From positions 179,552,001 through 179,616,000 of the forward strand of contig OZ038378.1 in the NCBI GenBank assembly GCA_964036045.1: a DNA stretch of 64,000 nucleotides. The letters run 5' to 3'. The position numbers and the translations under genes are program-made. This DNA is from Eutreptiella sp. 'Long Island Sound 2002' (Eukaryota > Protista > Euglenida). Below the pieces are notes generated by a model, which was not told the origin of the DNA, searched no databases, and saw nothing but the letters and a program-made list of their open reading frames with translations. Positions 13,294 to 26,875 of the stretch are shown in pieces (position 1 is the first letter of the stretch; each line of letters begins with the position of its first letter).

Positions 13294-13989
13294 GTGTGTG
13301 ATGTGCACTGGGGCTTGGGTGCGGCGAGAGTCGCCTGTGGTCAACGGGCAACGTGATTGGCAACGTGAGTGGTGGTGAGGGCAGGGGGCTTTCAAGTGAG
13401 GGGCGAACGGGGGCAGAGGCACCGGAAGTTTTCTGGGGGCGCTGCTGGTCAATCAACCGGGACCATTGCACAATCCACCCTTTTCCCGGGAGTGGCCCCA
13501 AGACAGCAGGGGATATGCGTCTATTGCCCCACATCCTTTATTGGGGTGGTGTGTGTTTGTGGAGGGGGGGGGGGGGGCACGCCTGTGGACAGGCAGAAGC
13601 CCTCACACACACACACACGTCCGAAAGTGCATTCATCCACCTGCATATTGCATTTGTGGTCACAGGGAAACCACGACGGGTTAGGGGCGTGCATGCCACA
13701 GTGTTTTAAGGCTGTTGCTGATTTGGATGCAGCGTTTACAGAAATCGTGTGATACTCTTAATTACTGGGCTGCCGACCGGTATGACGTGCGCTGGTGGCC
13801 GCATGCTGAGCAGGCGATGCCGCACAGCCTCCAGGGGCTGGTCGATAGCGCACACCACATACGCTATTGGTGGCGCATATCTCTCGGGGACATTCAGAAC
13901 CTGCCAACTTTCTGGGTTTTGGCACTTTTCGGCACTTTCTACAACTTTAGCTTCCGTGTGCAAACATGTCGTCACCTGGGGGGGGTATG

Positions 13990-14980
13990 TGTATGCTTTT
14001 TGAAATCTGCAAGAAAACGCCGTTTCACAAATGTATGGGTTTCGGGGGGAGGGTTTGACATTTTTCAGCGCAGCACAACACATGGGACGGTGCACACAAA
14101 CACGGCACTGCACCGTTTATCCATTTTTATTCAGAATCACTGTCACTGTCAGCATTGCTTTTTTCAGGCAGGGCGGGGACCCCATTAGGGCAGACATCCC
14201 CCTGTTTGTGGACAGGGACATATTTCTTCAATTTTTGCCAATCCTGCAACCTCCGTGCTTTCACTGGCACCCAACCCTCGTTAAGGGGCATGGCCCACAG
14301 GCCATCGGTTGTGAGGTCCACGTTTCGTTGTTTGATCAACCCCACCTTGCGCCAGGGAATCGCGGCGGTACGAGGCTTCTTGGCCTGCCTGGCAGGCTCC
14401 CGAGTCACCTTCCTCCAGGTTTCACCAGGTTTTCTCCAGGTTTCAAAGGCTTTTGTGGTGCATCTGGGGAAGCAACAGCCCGTGGAGTGAATTTGTATGA
14501 AGACATGGCAGCTGCCTGGTGATAAAAAGAGGCAGCAAACAACGCAAGCATCGTCCAAAACGGACGAAAATCTCAGACATATTGTCAGTACAGCATGCAG
14601 ACCTGGGGTGTTCCAAATAGCCCTTTTCAAGGGCTTTCCGAACATACCCCACATACCCCTACCTCCGGAACACCCAGTTGGCACAAATAAGGCAACAATG
14701 GCACCGACCCCCGAAAACCCAGAAAATTGGCAGGAAACCCGCCGTCCCTGAGAGATATGGTAAAGCGATGCCGGGCTGCACGGTGACTGCCGGTTGCCAA
14801 GACGCCTGCACAGCAACCAGCCCGGGATGGTGCTGGATATGTTGAAGAGCGTGCGGCCATGTGGAGGGCTGTGGCCGCAAATGCGAACAGGTTGGCCCCA
14901 TGGGTGGACAGGGGTCAAGGCACCCATGGCAGCGTGTCGCCTGTGAGCTTCAAGGAGAACGGACTGGGCTGGTGCCACGT
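13990..14980 (-). mobile_element. Decayed interspersed repeat, possibly the 3' part of an L1-like LINE (copy A)
   Basis: Clearly homologous to 28480-29150 (shared tgaggtccac, ccaaatagcccttttcaagggctttccgaa, aaaatctcagacat blocks). Minus-strand fragments WRKVGLIKQRNVDL...DWQKLKKYVPV...VCP and ETAFSCRF are weakly zf-RVT-like. Confidence 0.45.
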
Positions 14981-16569
14981 GCTATGGGTCCCCAGGTGGA
15001 GCTGGCTGGGGCTGAAGTGTGCCGTGAGGGCGCCTGACAGGACCCCAGCACCATGGCGCGCAGGGCAAGGAGGACTTTTGGTGGAGCCTGGCAATGACGG
15101 GTGGCGCTGTGACTAGGTCTAGAAATTCCAGCACCGTCAACCTAAGGACCCCCCCCCCCCTTTCCCAAGGCCCTCTGGGGCTTGGCCGCGTGTGTACTGA
15201 TGCGGATGCCAGAGTGATTGTCGAGGGTAGCGACCATCGCTGAGCTACGGCCAGGCCCTCTGGGCCCAAGATAGCATGAGGACCAACAGGGAGTGAGGGC
15301 CCTCAGCCAGGGGCGGGGGTGGGGGGCGGCCTAGTGGAGGGGAGGGAGGATGGGAGGACCACTTTTGGGGGGCTGGTGGTGATGGATGAGAGGCACCAAA
15401 CTGGCGGTGCGATCCGCCAAGAGAATACTGGATTGCAAGGCGCGGCACAGCCCTGTTTTCCTTCTGCTCCAAAAGATGCCGCTCATGTGGTGTGCACAGT
15501 GATGCGCAAAAGGGAACAACACACCGTTTCGTAGGTGTCACGGTGGAGAAGCGCAGACCAGGAATTAAACCTCGTGCCCTGGGGTTGAGGGCATGACCTG
15601 GGCTTGAAGGCATGTGCGCAGACCCGACTCAACTACCACAAGATCCCATTTGCTTAAGGCTGAAATGTGACATGTGGTTGATACATACGTCCAAAACAAA
15701 CTTGCTTCAGCGCCTGTGGCACCGACGGCCCTCCATGCCCCAAGATAGTGCGGACGAGTCAGGTATTGACCGACTGAGCTGGGAGTCCTGTGGGTACGAC
15801 TGTTGTGTGCAGGAAATGGGGGGCATGCATGAGGCGTAGGTGCAGGCCCATATCGCCCTGTGCATCGGAAAGGGAATCAGGGGCAAACCATGGGTTGTGC
15901 CCGCACTGTGCGACAAGGAGGCTATTTTCCCTGATGGCCCGTTTTCCACGATGGCCAAGGTGACCGCAGTAACTACTGTGCTTCCACACAGCAATGCTCA
16001 GATTCTTACTCAGTCCAAAAACTCAGAAAATGAATTAAAACAAACTATGCTTCACAGTGAAAATGCCAGATCTGCTGTTTTTGCCCTGTGGACGTAGCTT
16101 CCCCCCGTGGTGGGTGGTTTTCAGGGTGGTCACATGAAAGCTAACTTACTATTGGGTGCTGTGCCCGCGCTGTGCAGACCCGCCCCCATAGGCCACCGGC
16201 ATGCCCTTGGATTTGACTGGGGTGAGGACGAGGTTGCCACGGTAGGAGGACAGAGCCCTGCCCTGAAACGTTGGAACTACACTGGGGGAGGGGGTGCGTG
16301 CCTCGTACACACACACAACAACCACCCGACAACAACCGAGCAACACGCCGGCCCTGAATACCTCCGCGGACCTCTTGGATCCCGCCCGTCGCTGTGGGGT
16401 CCGCATGCGCTGTGGCCGACACCAGCCTCCCCCCCCCCCCCCAACGGCGGTGGTGCAGCCCCATGGCGCCATGGCTGTGCCGCCCCTGCCTACACGCTGC
16501 CCCGCGATTGCGCCGTCCTCATTCCCATTTGGACCCGCCGGCCATCGCCTCTCCCTCGCCGCTCTGCAG

Positions 16570-18779
16570 GTGCTCGTTTCCACCGGGACGGCCATCGAGC
16601 TGCAGGGCCCGCCCGCCGTCGCCGCGCCCAGCGAATGGACGTCCCTCGACGCTTCGCCCTACCTCGGCCTCCCCTGCAGCCCACAGGCCCCCGGCACCAC
16701 CTACGCCTGGCGCTCCGACCCTCCTCGCGCTCTCCCCGCCTCCGCCGTGGACCCGCAGCTGCGGCTCCCCCCCGGCACCCTCCCACCGGGCGCCTACACG
16801 CTCTCCCTCACCGCGCGGCACCCCCACACACTCCTCTCCGCCGTCGTGCGCTTCGCGGTCACGGTCCCCGCCCACGGACCTCTGCACGCCCGCATCGTCG
16901 GCGGGGCGGTGCAGCAGCACCCGAGCGGCGGCCCGCTGACGCTGACCGCCACCGCGACGGAGGCCGGGCTCCCGCTGGACCCCGCGCGCCTCCGCGTGGC
17001 CTGGGCCATCTGCGTCAACGTGACCTGCGCCGCCCACAACGCCCCCTGCGCCCGGCCGTTGCCGGGGTCGGCCACCGGCGCCGTCCTCACGGTCCCGGCG
17101 CCGCTCCCGGTCGGCCCCCTCTGTGTCACCGCGACAGTGGCCCCCCGTGACTGCACCGCCGACTGCGCCGCCGCCGCCGCGGCGCACGTCAGTGTCCTCA
17201 TGTCCCCTGTGCCCGTCGCCGTGGGCCTTGTGTGGGCCCCGGCCACCGGCCCCTTGTCCACGTACTGCCCCGACCGCGACCTCCTCCTCCAAAGCCAAGT
17301 CCGGGGCAACGGCACGGCCGTCACAGAGTACGCCTGGGGGGTCCGCGCCGCCGCCGCGCCGTTCGCCCCATACAACCTCACGGCCCTGGACCCCCCCGGC
17401 AGTGCGCTGCGGCTGCCGGCCGGCGTCATCGGCGCCGACGTTGTCGTGCGGCTCAACATCACGAGCCCGCAAGGCAAGGCCGTCGCGGAGGTCCGTGTGC
17501 CGGTCGCGCGCGCGCCGCAGGGCGGGTGGCTGGCAGTGTCGCAAGTAACAGGCCCCAGTGGAGAGATCCGCAGCGGCGAGACGCTGCAGCTGCGGGCGGG
17601 CGGGTGGCAGCACCCGTCCAGAGAGCCCCTCACGTACGTCTTCTCCTACGCCGTGGCGGCGGTGGGGGCCATCCCCCTGTCCCTCAGCCCCACCCACAGC
17701 CCCGTCCTCGTGCTGCGGGTGCCGTACCTGCCCCTGGCCAACGGTGCTCCGCAGAACGTGACGTTTGCGGTGCGCGTCGCCGGGGCCTCCGACTGCGCCG
17801 CGCGGGCGACCGTCACGGTCCCGGTCCTGCCGGTAGCGGGGCCCAGCGCCGCGCTGGAACGCGGGGCGCAGGAGGTGGCTCTCCGCCGCAACGTCTCCGC
17901 CGCTGAGACGTTCGTGTCGGAGGGCGTTGTGGCGGCAGCGCTGCAATTGCTGGTGGACGCCAACAGCCAGGGCCGCTTTCCCACGCCCGCCGCCGCCGCG
18001 GCGCGGCAGCAGGGCCTTGCGGCGCTGGTAGACCAAAGCGGGAAGGCCGCCGCGGCGGAGACCGGGGCGGCGGCCGCGACGCCCGCGCAGGTCCAGGCGC
18101 TGGTCGCGGCGCTGGTCTCCGCTTTCAGCGTGGCCCCGAGCGCGGCAGAGCGCGCAATGGTGTTGGCGGTTGCCGCGGACGTTGCCGGGTTGCAGGCGCT
18201 GGCGGCGGTGCCGGAGCCGCTGCGCGCGGCGGCGGACCTGCTGGAGGCGGCCGGCGTGTCGCTTGCCGGGCTGTACCGCGCGCACGCCCGCGCGCGCAGC
18301 GGCTGGTGGCCCGCTGGGCCGGCGCGGGAGCCGCTGTACCTCAACGTCAGCGCCCAGGCCCCGCAGCCGCCGGAGATCCCCCAAATCCTCGGGATCGTGG
18401 ACGCGGTGCAGGCGCTGGTCGCCGGGACGCTGCTCTCGGGGGAGTCGCGGTGCGTGAACGCGACGGGCGCGCACGTCTGCGTCCGTCGGGACGTGTGCGC
18501 GCGGGGGCGCACCCCGTCCCCCGCGCGGTCGCCGTTCACCGTCGCGCGCCTCGTTAGCGACTGGTTCGAGGCCGAGGGGCTGCGCGACGGCAGCCTTTTC
18601 GACGTCCGCATCGCGGACCTGCACCCGAGCCCGTACTTCTGGACCGCGTCCACGGCGGGCCCGGCTCATCTGGTCTCGGTGCGGGACGGCGTCGGGACGG
18701 AGCTGCTGCGGGCGCGCCCCGGCCCCGACCCTGTGATCTCTCTGACGTTGTCGGGGCTGCAGGCGGTCGATCCCTTCAG
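16570..18779 (+). CDS. Gene 1 exon 3: REJ-like domain and GAIN-like region
   Basis: Acceptor ctctgcAG|GTG (phase 0). GC3-rich frame with REJ-like segments (TTYAWRS, LRLPPGTLPPGAYTLSLT, LHARIVGG, EYAW, PQGGWLAV, GW..P..PLTYVFSY). Donor TTCAG|GTGCCT at 18780 (phase 2). Confidence 0.88.
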
Positions 18780-19954
18780 GTGCCTTCCCCGTCCCGCCCT
18801 GGCTCCTGCGCCCCCTGTCGCGCAGTCTCCCTCCATCGTACCTCACGCGGGGAGGGGGCGGGTCTCGTTCGGGTAGAAATAAACCTGTTGTTCGTGCGAA
18901 ACACTGGAAACCGTTGCAATATTTGATACGTGTGGACGACCATGTCTCTGATATTCATCTTGAGCTTTACGGAAGATTCGTACAGAGATTGACAATCACC
19001 GACAGCGGTTACAATACGATGGCTCCGCCCCACGGAACTGTGAATCACCAATGCCTTCACCAGCGAACTAGGGATGGTTTTCAATGCGTATTTGCTATTC
19101 TTTGTACCGGTCCTTCACCTTCCTTCCTGAAGCCATTGAAACGCGGGGGCGGGTGCAGCCAGGCCACAGCGTATGAGAGGGGGCACTGAGCGCTCCGGGG
19201 GCTGAGCGAATGGTAATGCCATATGGATCCTCATGTCTTGACCACCACAACTCGCCGCCATTCAGAGACAGAAATGGTGGGGTCAAGACAGCGGCTGGGC
19301 GGACCTTCAGGAGAAGATCGGCAGAGCATCATGCGGTGAAGAATAAACGGGTGACTGCGCAGGGCCCCATAAAGAAACCACAGATGGACTATATGTCACA
19401 CAGGGGGGGGGGGGGATGGCTGGACCCCAGTGGCGGTTGGACTGAAGACCAGCATGACCCCTCCGCCCGCCTCCGACCCTCCGCTCTCATGGGCCTGCCA
19501 CGCCGCATTTGGGTGCATGGGCTCCACCCAAAAGGGCTGGAGGTGAATTCCGCCGGTGACAAGAACTGTGGGGAACAGCAGCAGGATTACCCTGAGCCCC
19601 GTCACGACAGATGCTCTTTCTGAAGGATACCACGAGCACGTGCATTTCACGGTGACAATACCGGGGAAGTGGGGCTTTCAATTGCGGAGCCAGTGGTTTG
19701 AAATCAGACTGGTCCTTCAAGTAGACTATCACCCTGCACTGCTTATGGGTACGCTGTACATCTATGGCGTCTCGCAATGCGCAATGTGAGACCCTGCCAC
19801 GTGATGCTTGGCCAGGGAAACTTATGATGTCGGTACAGAAGTGATCCGTGACCAGGCCACCAGGTCCCAGCCCCTGTGTAAAGGAAGGGGTGGATGTTGA
19901 GGAGCACTGATGATGATCTCTGCCCTATGCCTGTAGCGGATCGCCCAGGGCCAC

Positions 19955-20440
19955 TGGAGGGAAAACTAGGAACAGCCAAATTTTGCAACGGCAAAATTTG
20001 GCACAACAAAATTGTGCGAAATTATGCCACGGTATTTTAAGGTCCGAAGCCATTTTTCTAGGCGTCATTGTTAGCGCTTATGGGATGCGCATTCCCCTTG
20101 TGCCCGCGCAGTTTGCTCTAAAGGGACAATGACTGCAACCATCCAGAAGCCTCCAAGAATACAACAAGCCTGCTGGAAACAACAGTAACCAACCAAAGGC
20201 CCCTAGGAAATAACAAGCACCATTCAAGTATGCTTGTTGCGCCACAATCTGAGAATCTTGTACCAAATCTCATTGATTTAATAACTTCTCTTCTTTAATC
20301 TGACTTAAATCTTGCCTACTCTAATCTTATTTATCTTATTTATTTAAGAATTGGTGCCATATTTTCTCCGCATCAGATTTCGCCATTCCAAAATTCGCAC
20401 GTACAAAAAATTTCGCTCCCCCGTTCTCCCTTGCCTGCAC
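19955..20440. mobile_element. AT-rich MITE with ~60-bp imperfect TIRs
   Basis: gccaaattttgcaacggcaaaatttgg... versus the reverse complement of ...tttcgccattccaaaattcgc. AT-rich core. Confidence 0.55.
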
Positions 20441-21588
20441 CCCGTTCCTTCATTTTCCAATGCACTTTACCTCCGTCATACACTGTCCTCTCCTAAGAGG
20501 AGCAAACAACCAGACATCAACCCCTCTCTCCCCTGAGTTGCAACGCCCGGGCCACCAATGCTTCTTCCCCGCAACACAGCCACATACCAGAGGGGCTCAG
20601 AGTTGGATTGTACAAAGCAAGCAACAAGTGATCGCGTGCAGGTGGTGTTCAGCAGCGGGTGCCAGCCACAACCAACGCCCGCAACAAGAGCCAGGGTGGG
20701 AAAGAAGGGGAAGGCAGCTCACAGGCGGGAGACTACGGTGACAAGGGAGTGGCCTTGTCGCTGCTAGGTGCCAGGGCAACCCTTGCTCAACTAGCATCAG
20801 ATGGGGTATCTCTTCAATGCCCCACAGATGTTCGGAAATCAGGGCCTTCCGCACCGCACGTCCCAGCAACCATGACAGAGCATGTGCCCATGTGCACAGA
20901 GCAGCAACGCCGGCATGATCACAGGGGGACAGGGGTCCACCAACAGGCACTGACCACCAGCCCACGTCGAGGCCACCAGCTCCAGAAAACCGGCCGTCCA
21001 ATGAGAAAAGGGCACCGCCCAACACAAAGCCATCATGCCAACACGGCCAGATTGACCACCTTCGCAGCGTTCAACTGCGACACTCCTCCTCCCAGTGTTG
21101 CGCCAGATGCCAAATGGGAGGGGACACTCAGGGAAGAATTAGAATGGCCGTACACCGTAGGAGGAGGCTCCCTGTACCCCCCCCCCCCCGCGCCAGACCA
21201 CAGGCACCATTGTGAGAAAAACGAAATTTATCATTGGGAATATCTTGTTGGGCCATTTTTGGAACACAAACTTTTGGGTTCCAGACCCCCCCCGCTTTCC
21301 TCTCTTCTAATACATCCCTGGGGACGCTGCATGGGAGGGAGCCCAAAGAACCCTGGTGGAAAAAAAGTGCAGTGCGCATGCACACGGCGCGCTTGTGTGA
21401 GTGCGTCTGAGAAGGGTCGGGTTGTTAGCACACAGTTCCCGGGCAAGGCACAAAGTCCAAACAGTAGCCACGGAAACGGTCCCTGGACGGGCGGTTTGCC
21501 CACTGCATCGCCTGTTTTACTCCGGCCCCCACAGCAACCCCAACATCCCCCCCGCCCCCCCCTCCTCCCTCCATCCGTCTTCCAACAG

Positions 21589-22459
21589 GGCCCTTACATG
21601 CCCCTTCTTCGACGCCAACCTCCAGCGATGGAGCCTGGAAGGCGTAGCCCCGACTCAGAGCACCCTCTCGTCTGTGACGTGTGAGGCTGCCCACCTCACG
21701 CCCTTCTTGGCCGCCTATTACGATCCCACCCCCACCCTCACCGCCACCCTGACCCCCACCGCCTCCGTCCCCCCAGAAAGCCCCCCGCCCGCCTGGATTG
21801 TCTTGCCCATTCTCTGGGGCATCTACGCGCTGCTCATGTTGGCCGCCTTCACACTGGACTACCACCGCCTGGACGACGCCAAGTACCATTTGGGGCTGGA
21901 GCGGGTGCTCCCCCCCAGCGCCGTCGAACGGGTGGCCCCGGGCCGCCGGCCGGGGCTGTGGGCGAGCGTCGCCGCGCACCACGCGCTCCTCGCGCTCCCG
22001 TTCGCGCACCCGAACTGGACGGCGCTGCAGCGGGTGACGGTGTGGCAGTCGGCGGTGGTGGGGCTGTTCCTCGTCTGCCTCGTGTGGCTGCCGCCCGAGG
22101 GGCTGGCGCTGCGCTGGGTCTGGGCCCCCCTCGTCAGCGCCCTCGGCGTCTTCGCCGTGGCCCAGGCCCTGGCGTACCCTTTCGCCCAGACCCCGGCGTT
22201 CCCCGGCGTCAGCCGCAGCGCAGTCCGGGTCCAGTTCGTCGACCCCCCGGCGTCGGAGGAGGAGGTGCCTTCGGCGCTCGGCGACGCCGGCAGCAGCGAC
22301 GAGGAGCCGGTTCCGGCCGCGCGTGACGGTGCGGCGTGGGGCGCGGCCCCGCACCCGGTGCCGCATCGCGGCGTGAACCCGCTGTCCAGGGCTGTGGTGG
22401 CGACCCCGGTCTTGTCGCGACCGCAGTTGGACAAGCTGCGCCTGCCGGGCGCTTTGATG
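21589..22459 (+). CDS. Gene 1 exon 4: GPS motif and TM1-TM3
   Basis: Acceptor tccaacAG|G (phase 2, joining to give PFR-ALTC). GPS motif C-PFFD..LQRWSLEGV...VTCEAAHLTPF. Hydrophobic helices WIVLPILWGIYALLMLAAF, VTVWQSAVVGLFLVCLVWL and WVWAPLVSALGVFAVAQALAY. Donor ATG|GTGCGT at 22460. Confidence 0.9.
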
Positions 22460-23640
22460 GTGCGTGTCCTTTGGTGCCCCTTGGGTCTTGCCCTCAACAA
22501 CCACCGGCCCTCGGCCCTCGAAGTGAATAGAGGGTGGCGAAGTGGAATAGGGACTTCGATGCGTGGGGCCGGACACGGTTTTCCCTTCGTTCACCCCCCT
22601 CCCTCCCAGAGACCAGTTGGAGTACTGTGAGCCCTGGTGGCGACGGGGGGAGGGGGCCGTTGGTGCTGCTGTGCCCAGAGGGCCCGCGGAAATATTTTTC
22701 GGAGAGATGCAGCCCCTCTGCCCTCAGAGACGTCGTACCATGCGAGACCCCCCCCCCCCCACCTGGTGGTTGTTCGAAGCCCCTGTGAGGAAAATTATCC
22801 TGCAGATGCACACCCCAGCGCGCACAAGTCAGTGCTGGAGTCGGCAAACCCAGCATGGACTCGGAGTGTGCATCTGGATGCACCTGGTCAACGGCACGGG
22901 CAACAGCCCGTCTCCGGGTCAGCCGACCCTGGAGTAGTCAAACAGGACAAGTCATCCAGCGGCTCCGTTGACACAGCCAAAACACATTCGGGCCCACAGA
23001 GGGTCAGAATGAGCAGTGGCGAGAGGCCAATAGGCGCCGCCAAAGGCAATCAATCAGATACCGAGGCCTTGTGCCAACCGCCCCCCCCCCCCCCCCCCAC
23101 CCCGGCAACATGGGCTCGTAAGTCGGGAGCCCAGTGGGATCTGCTGCATTGCTGCAACCACATGTTGGCACAGGGGCACCTGGAGCGATCCCCGTTGCCA
23201 TCGGCATGGGCAATCCACCCAATAGACGGACTGGTTGTGCTGCCTGTGACCATCCCCCCTCCTGCAGCTCTTCAACATTCAGCTGCAGAACTGCCCCCGC
23301 TCCCCGTCCTCCAATTACCAGCCCCCTAAGAAGGCCGTGGTGGCACTTCGGAATGCCTGTCTCCATTGGGCTCCCTCAGAACAAGACCCAAAGGAAAGCA
23401 CTGTAGCTCGTATCAGATGCACAGCCAGCACATCATGTGCCGCACCGCACCGCATATACCACCAAAGCGACAATTCCATGCACAAAAATCGGACGAGGCA
23501 TAAAACCCGATGTATTGTCATGCCATGCGACACAGCAACATGCTTGAATTACCGCCGTGTCAGCATGCACACTCAGGCCCGCAGTCCTCCGGAGGGAACA
23601 GCCCTGGAGGATAGGGGAGTGGATCAACCCACACCCCGCA

Positions 23641-23681
<41 letters not shown>

Positions 23682-25232
23682 CCAACTGACAGGAATTGAG
23701 CACTCGGGACTTTTGTAAGTGCCTGTTTGTCGCGTCTTACGTGTGTGTGTGTGTGTGTGTCGGAGGGAGCAGGTCCATGGGGAACCCAACATCCTGCACA
23801 ATCCCTGAAGCCCCTCAGAACCCTTGGTAACTTCTTGCAACCCTCAGTAAACTGACCGCAAGGGCAAGCCCGCGAGTCTGTTTAGTAAATCAAGTCGGCC
23901 TGGATGATTGGACAGCAGAAACACCACATAGGCACAGCATCGGCCATCGGCAAGCCGCGGTGTGATGTGCGAACTGTGAGACCTCATGGGTGTCTAAAGC
24001 GGAACTTTCAGTCTATCTGAACATATTTCAATCACTACACTTGCTCAGACGGAGACTGTTTTGGTGAGAGATGACCTACCACCAGCAGCCCTAGGCACGT
24101 GAAGCGGAAGTGGCATTGCTCGCTCTTGGGATGCCCAGAGTTGTGCCCTTCTCCATGGACCAATTCCCCACACACTGCCAAGCATGGACCCGAGGGCTTC
24201 CACGCAATGGCCGCAGAAACATCCGATGGTGAGGCAAACGGTGACGGTGATGATGCACCCCACAGGAGAAGGATAGACAAAAATACAAATGTCAAAGCCG
24301 ATTTTGCTGGCCCTCCTAAGATGCTTCACAAATCACATTGCATGCTTGACCATTAGGCAATTACTATTGAGCTCCGTCCCCCGCCCCCTCATGGGATGTT
24401 CGAAGATGTATGCCTTTGGGTCTTTACTTCTAAGTGCAACAACACGAAGAAGGCATGGGCACATCAGATCTGTGCCATCTCATAATGAGATGAAAACCGG
24501 TGGAGAGAAGCACTTCAAGTGGTCAAGTAGAATGCATCAAATCATGGGCGCTTGAACATGACTGTTCCCTCTCACACATAGGCGGAGGTCACTGTGCGCA
24601 AGAGGGGGCTCTGCCCACAATCTGCATCACACCCCATACCGTGTTCCGAGAATCTTGTTCTCGCAGTGTGCCACACAGGCAACTACCTGATTCCATAGTT
24701 TATTTTCAATTGGTATTTTGGATGTCTGGCTGGTGTGTGTGTTTTCCTATCCAGTTCTGGTTTGCAGCCCCTGTTGTATCTGGGTGTTGTGTGCGTGGCC
24801 AAACTCAATCTGGTTAGTGTGTTGTCATCAGGGGGTCCCAAAGTGGGGCTCTAGGGGGGTCGATTTCCTCCCCTTGGGGCTTCATCGACATCAATGTCGA
24901 CGTCAATGGGGGCTGACGTCTCCCTGTGTTGGTCAAGGAGCCGGCTTGCTCATTTCCTTGAATGCCCACACCGGAGGGGATGTGGATCCGTTGCGTCTTG
25001 GGGCCAAGCGCTCCCAGAATCTTGACCCCCCCCCCCCCCCAGAATCTTGATCCCCCCCCCTGTCTTTTGAGGGCGCTTTTGGCACTAAAAGTAATCAAAT
25101 GCTCCACCCAGTGGGCTCAGAAATCTAGAATGCACCATTTTTAGCCTGAGAAACCCATTAATTTGCACTGGCTGATGCCATTCAGCAGTACTTGATTGCC
25201 CTCCAAACAATATCCACATCATAAAACGTACC

Positions 25233-25272
<40 letters not shown>

Positions 25273-25680
25273 CCGGGCGAAAAACCAAACATTGCTGCAG
25301 TGCGGACAGAGCTGTAGAGTGGTGATGTATGACGGCGAACGCTATGAGCTTGAAGAAAATGTTGGGCGTCACACACACACACACACACACACACATGCAG
25401 GGCCGAACACAGAACTGATGGTTTGCAGTAGTGGTAGGATGTAGGAATATTGAACCTCGCAGTTTGAGCATGATTGGAATTGATACCTTGGCACACACAC
25501 ACACATGCACACACAGAACTGTCCTCCATCAAAAAGCAGGCCATACAACGGACCGTGCACTGGGCGCTGGTTGTACCATGTGGTGGATTACCAACGTTCA
25601 TTTCCACCTTCAACGCCCCCTTTGTACAGGATTCCTGCCCTACTTCCCTCCACTGGCCCTCTGTCACCACCACCGCACAG

Positions 25681-26377
25681 GATATTGTGCCCAAGCACGA
25701 CCGCCTTCAGACGCCGCTCATGCTCTACGCCGAGTCGTGCCCCGTGACCGACGCCACCGACGCCGAGAAGTACGTGGCGGTGCTAAAGCTGCGGCAGCAG
25801 CAGCAGCCCTCACGGGCCACCAAAGCCGAGACGTGGAAGCAGGGGGTGGCCGAGGCCCAGCTCAACCAGAACTACGTCCGCGCGGCACACATTTTCATGA
25901 ATGCCGCAAATGCCGGCCTCGCGCCGGGCCAGTCCGAAAAGACCCTCGAGTTCGGGAAGCGCTGGGCCCGACACTACGCCACCGCCGGCGGCCGCGCGGC
26001 GCCCAACTTCGAGTGGGAGTGGATCCGGCAGTCGCGGAACCCGGCGAACACGCGCGTCGCGGTGCACCCGTCGCCCGCGCGTGCCGCGCCGCGGCAGCCG
26101 CCGCAACTGCAGGTGACGCTGCTGCACGAGCCTGTGCCGATCAGTGAGCCCGAATTTGATGTCCTTGAGGACTGGACGGCGTGCCCGCCCGAGAACGAAA
26201 GCGACGAGATCGGCGACGAGAACAAGGGCAAGGCCCTGCAGAAGAAATCGGTGTCTTTTAGCAGAAAAGTCATGAAGAAGGTGGCGGAAGGGGCACCGGC
26301 AGACTTGGCGGTAGCGTCACCGGCGTACAGCGAAGTGCACATGGACTTGTTTGAGGTCGACGCGCCTGAGGACCCAG
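25681..26377 (+). CDS. Gene 1 exon 5: hydrophilic loop
   Basis: Acceptor caccgcacAG|GAT (phase 0, matches the exon 4 donor). GC3-rich frame DIVPKHDRLQTPLMLYAE...EVDAPEDP. Donor CCAG|GTATGT at 26378 (phase 1). Confidence 0.75.
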
Positions 26378-26531
26378 GTATGTGCGCACCCAGGGGCAGG
26401 TGACTGTGAACTTCTCTAGACGATTTCCTCCCCCTTTCCATGATGCCACATGGTGTGTGGCGGTGCGTGTTGCGTATGGTGTACGGTATGGGGCGGTGTG
26501 TGGCGCGCTGTGGTGCGGTCTGACGCGGCGC

Positions 26532-26875
26532 GGTGTGGTGTGGTGTGGTGTGGTGTGGTGTGGTGTGGTGTGGTGTGGTGTGGTGTGGTGTGGTGTGGTG
26601 TGGTGTGGTGTGGTGTGGTGTGGTGTGGTGTGGTGTGGTGTGGTGTGGTGTGGTGTGGTGTGGTGTGGTGTGGTGTGGTGTGGTGGGGTGTGGTGGGGTG
26701 GGGTGGGGTGGGGTGGGGTGGGGTGGGGTGGGGTGGGGTGGGGTGGGGTGGGGTGGGGTGGCGTGGTGGGGTGTGGTGTGGTGTGGTGTGGTGTGGTGGG
26801 GTGGGGTGTACTGTGGTGTGGTGTGGTGGTGTGGGGTGGTGTGGTGTGGTGGGGTGTGGTGGTGTGGCGTGGTGG
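26532..26875. repeat. Pentanucleotide satellite (GTGTG/GTGGT/GTGGG)n
   Basis: About 345 bp of 5-bp period, with a (GGGGT)n block at ~26694-26760. Confidence 0.95.

Noticed and set aside
16519-18846. 775-aa minus-strand ORF and overlapping ORFs opposite exon 3
   Set aside because: These arise from stop-codon scarcity in GC-rich coding DNA; the plus frame has the domain motifs and splice sites.
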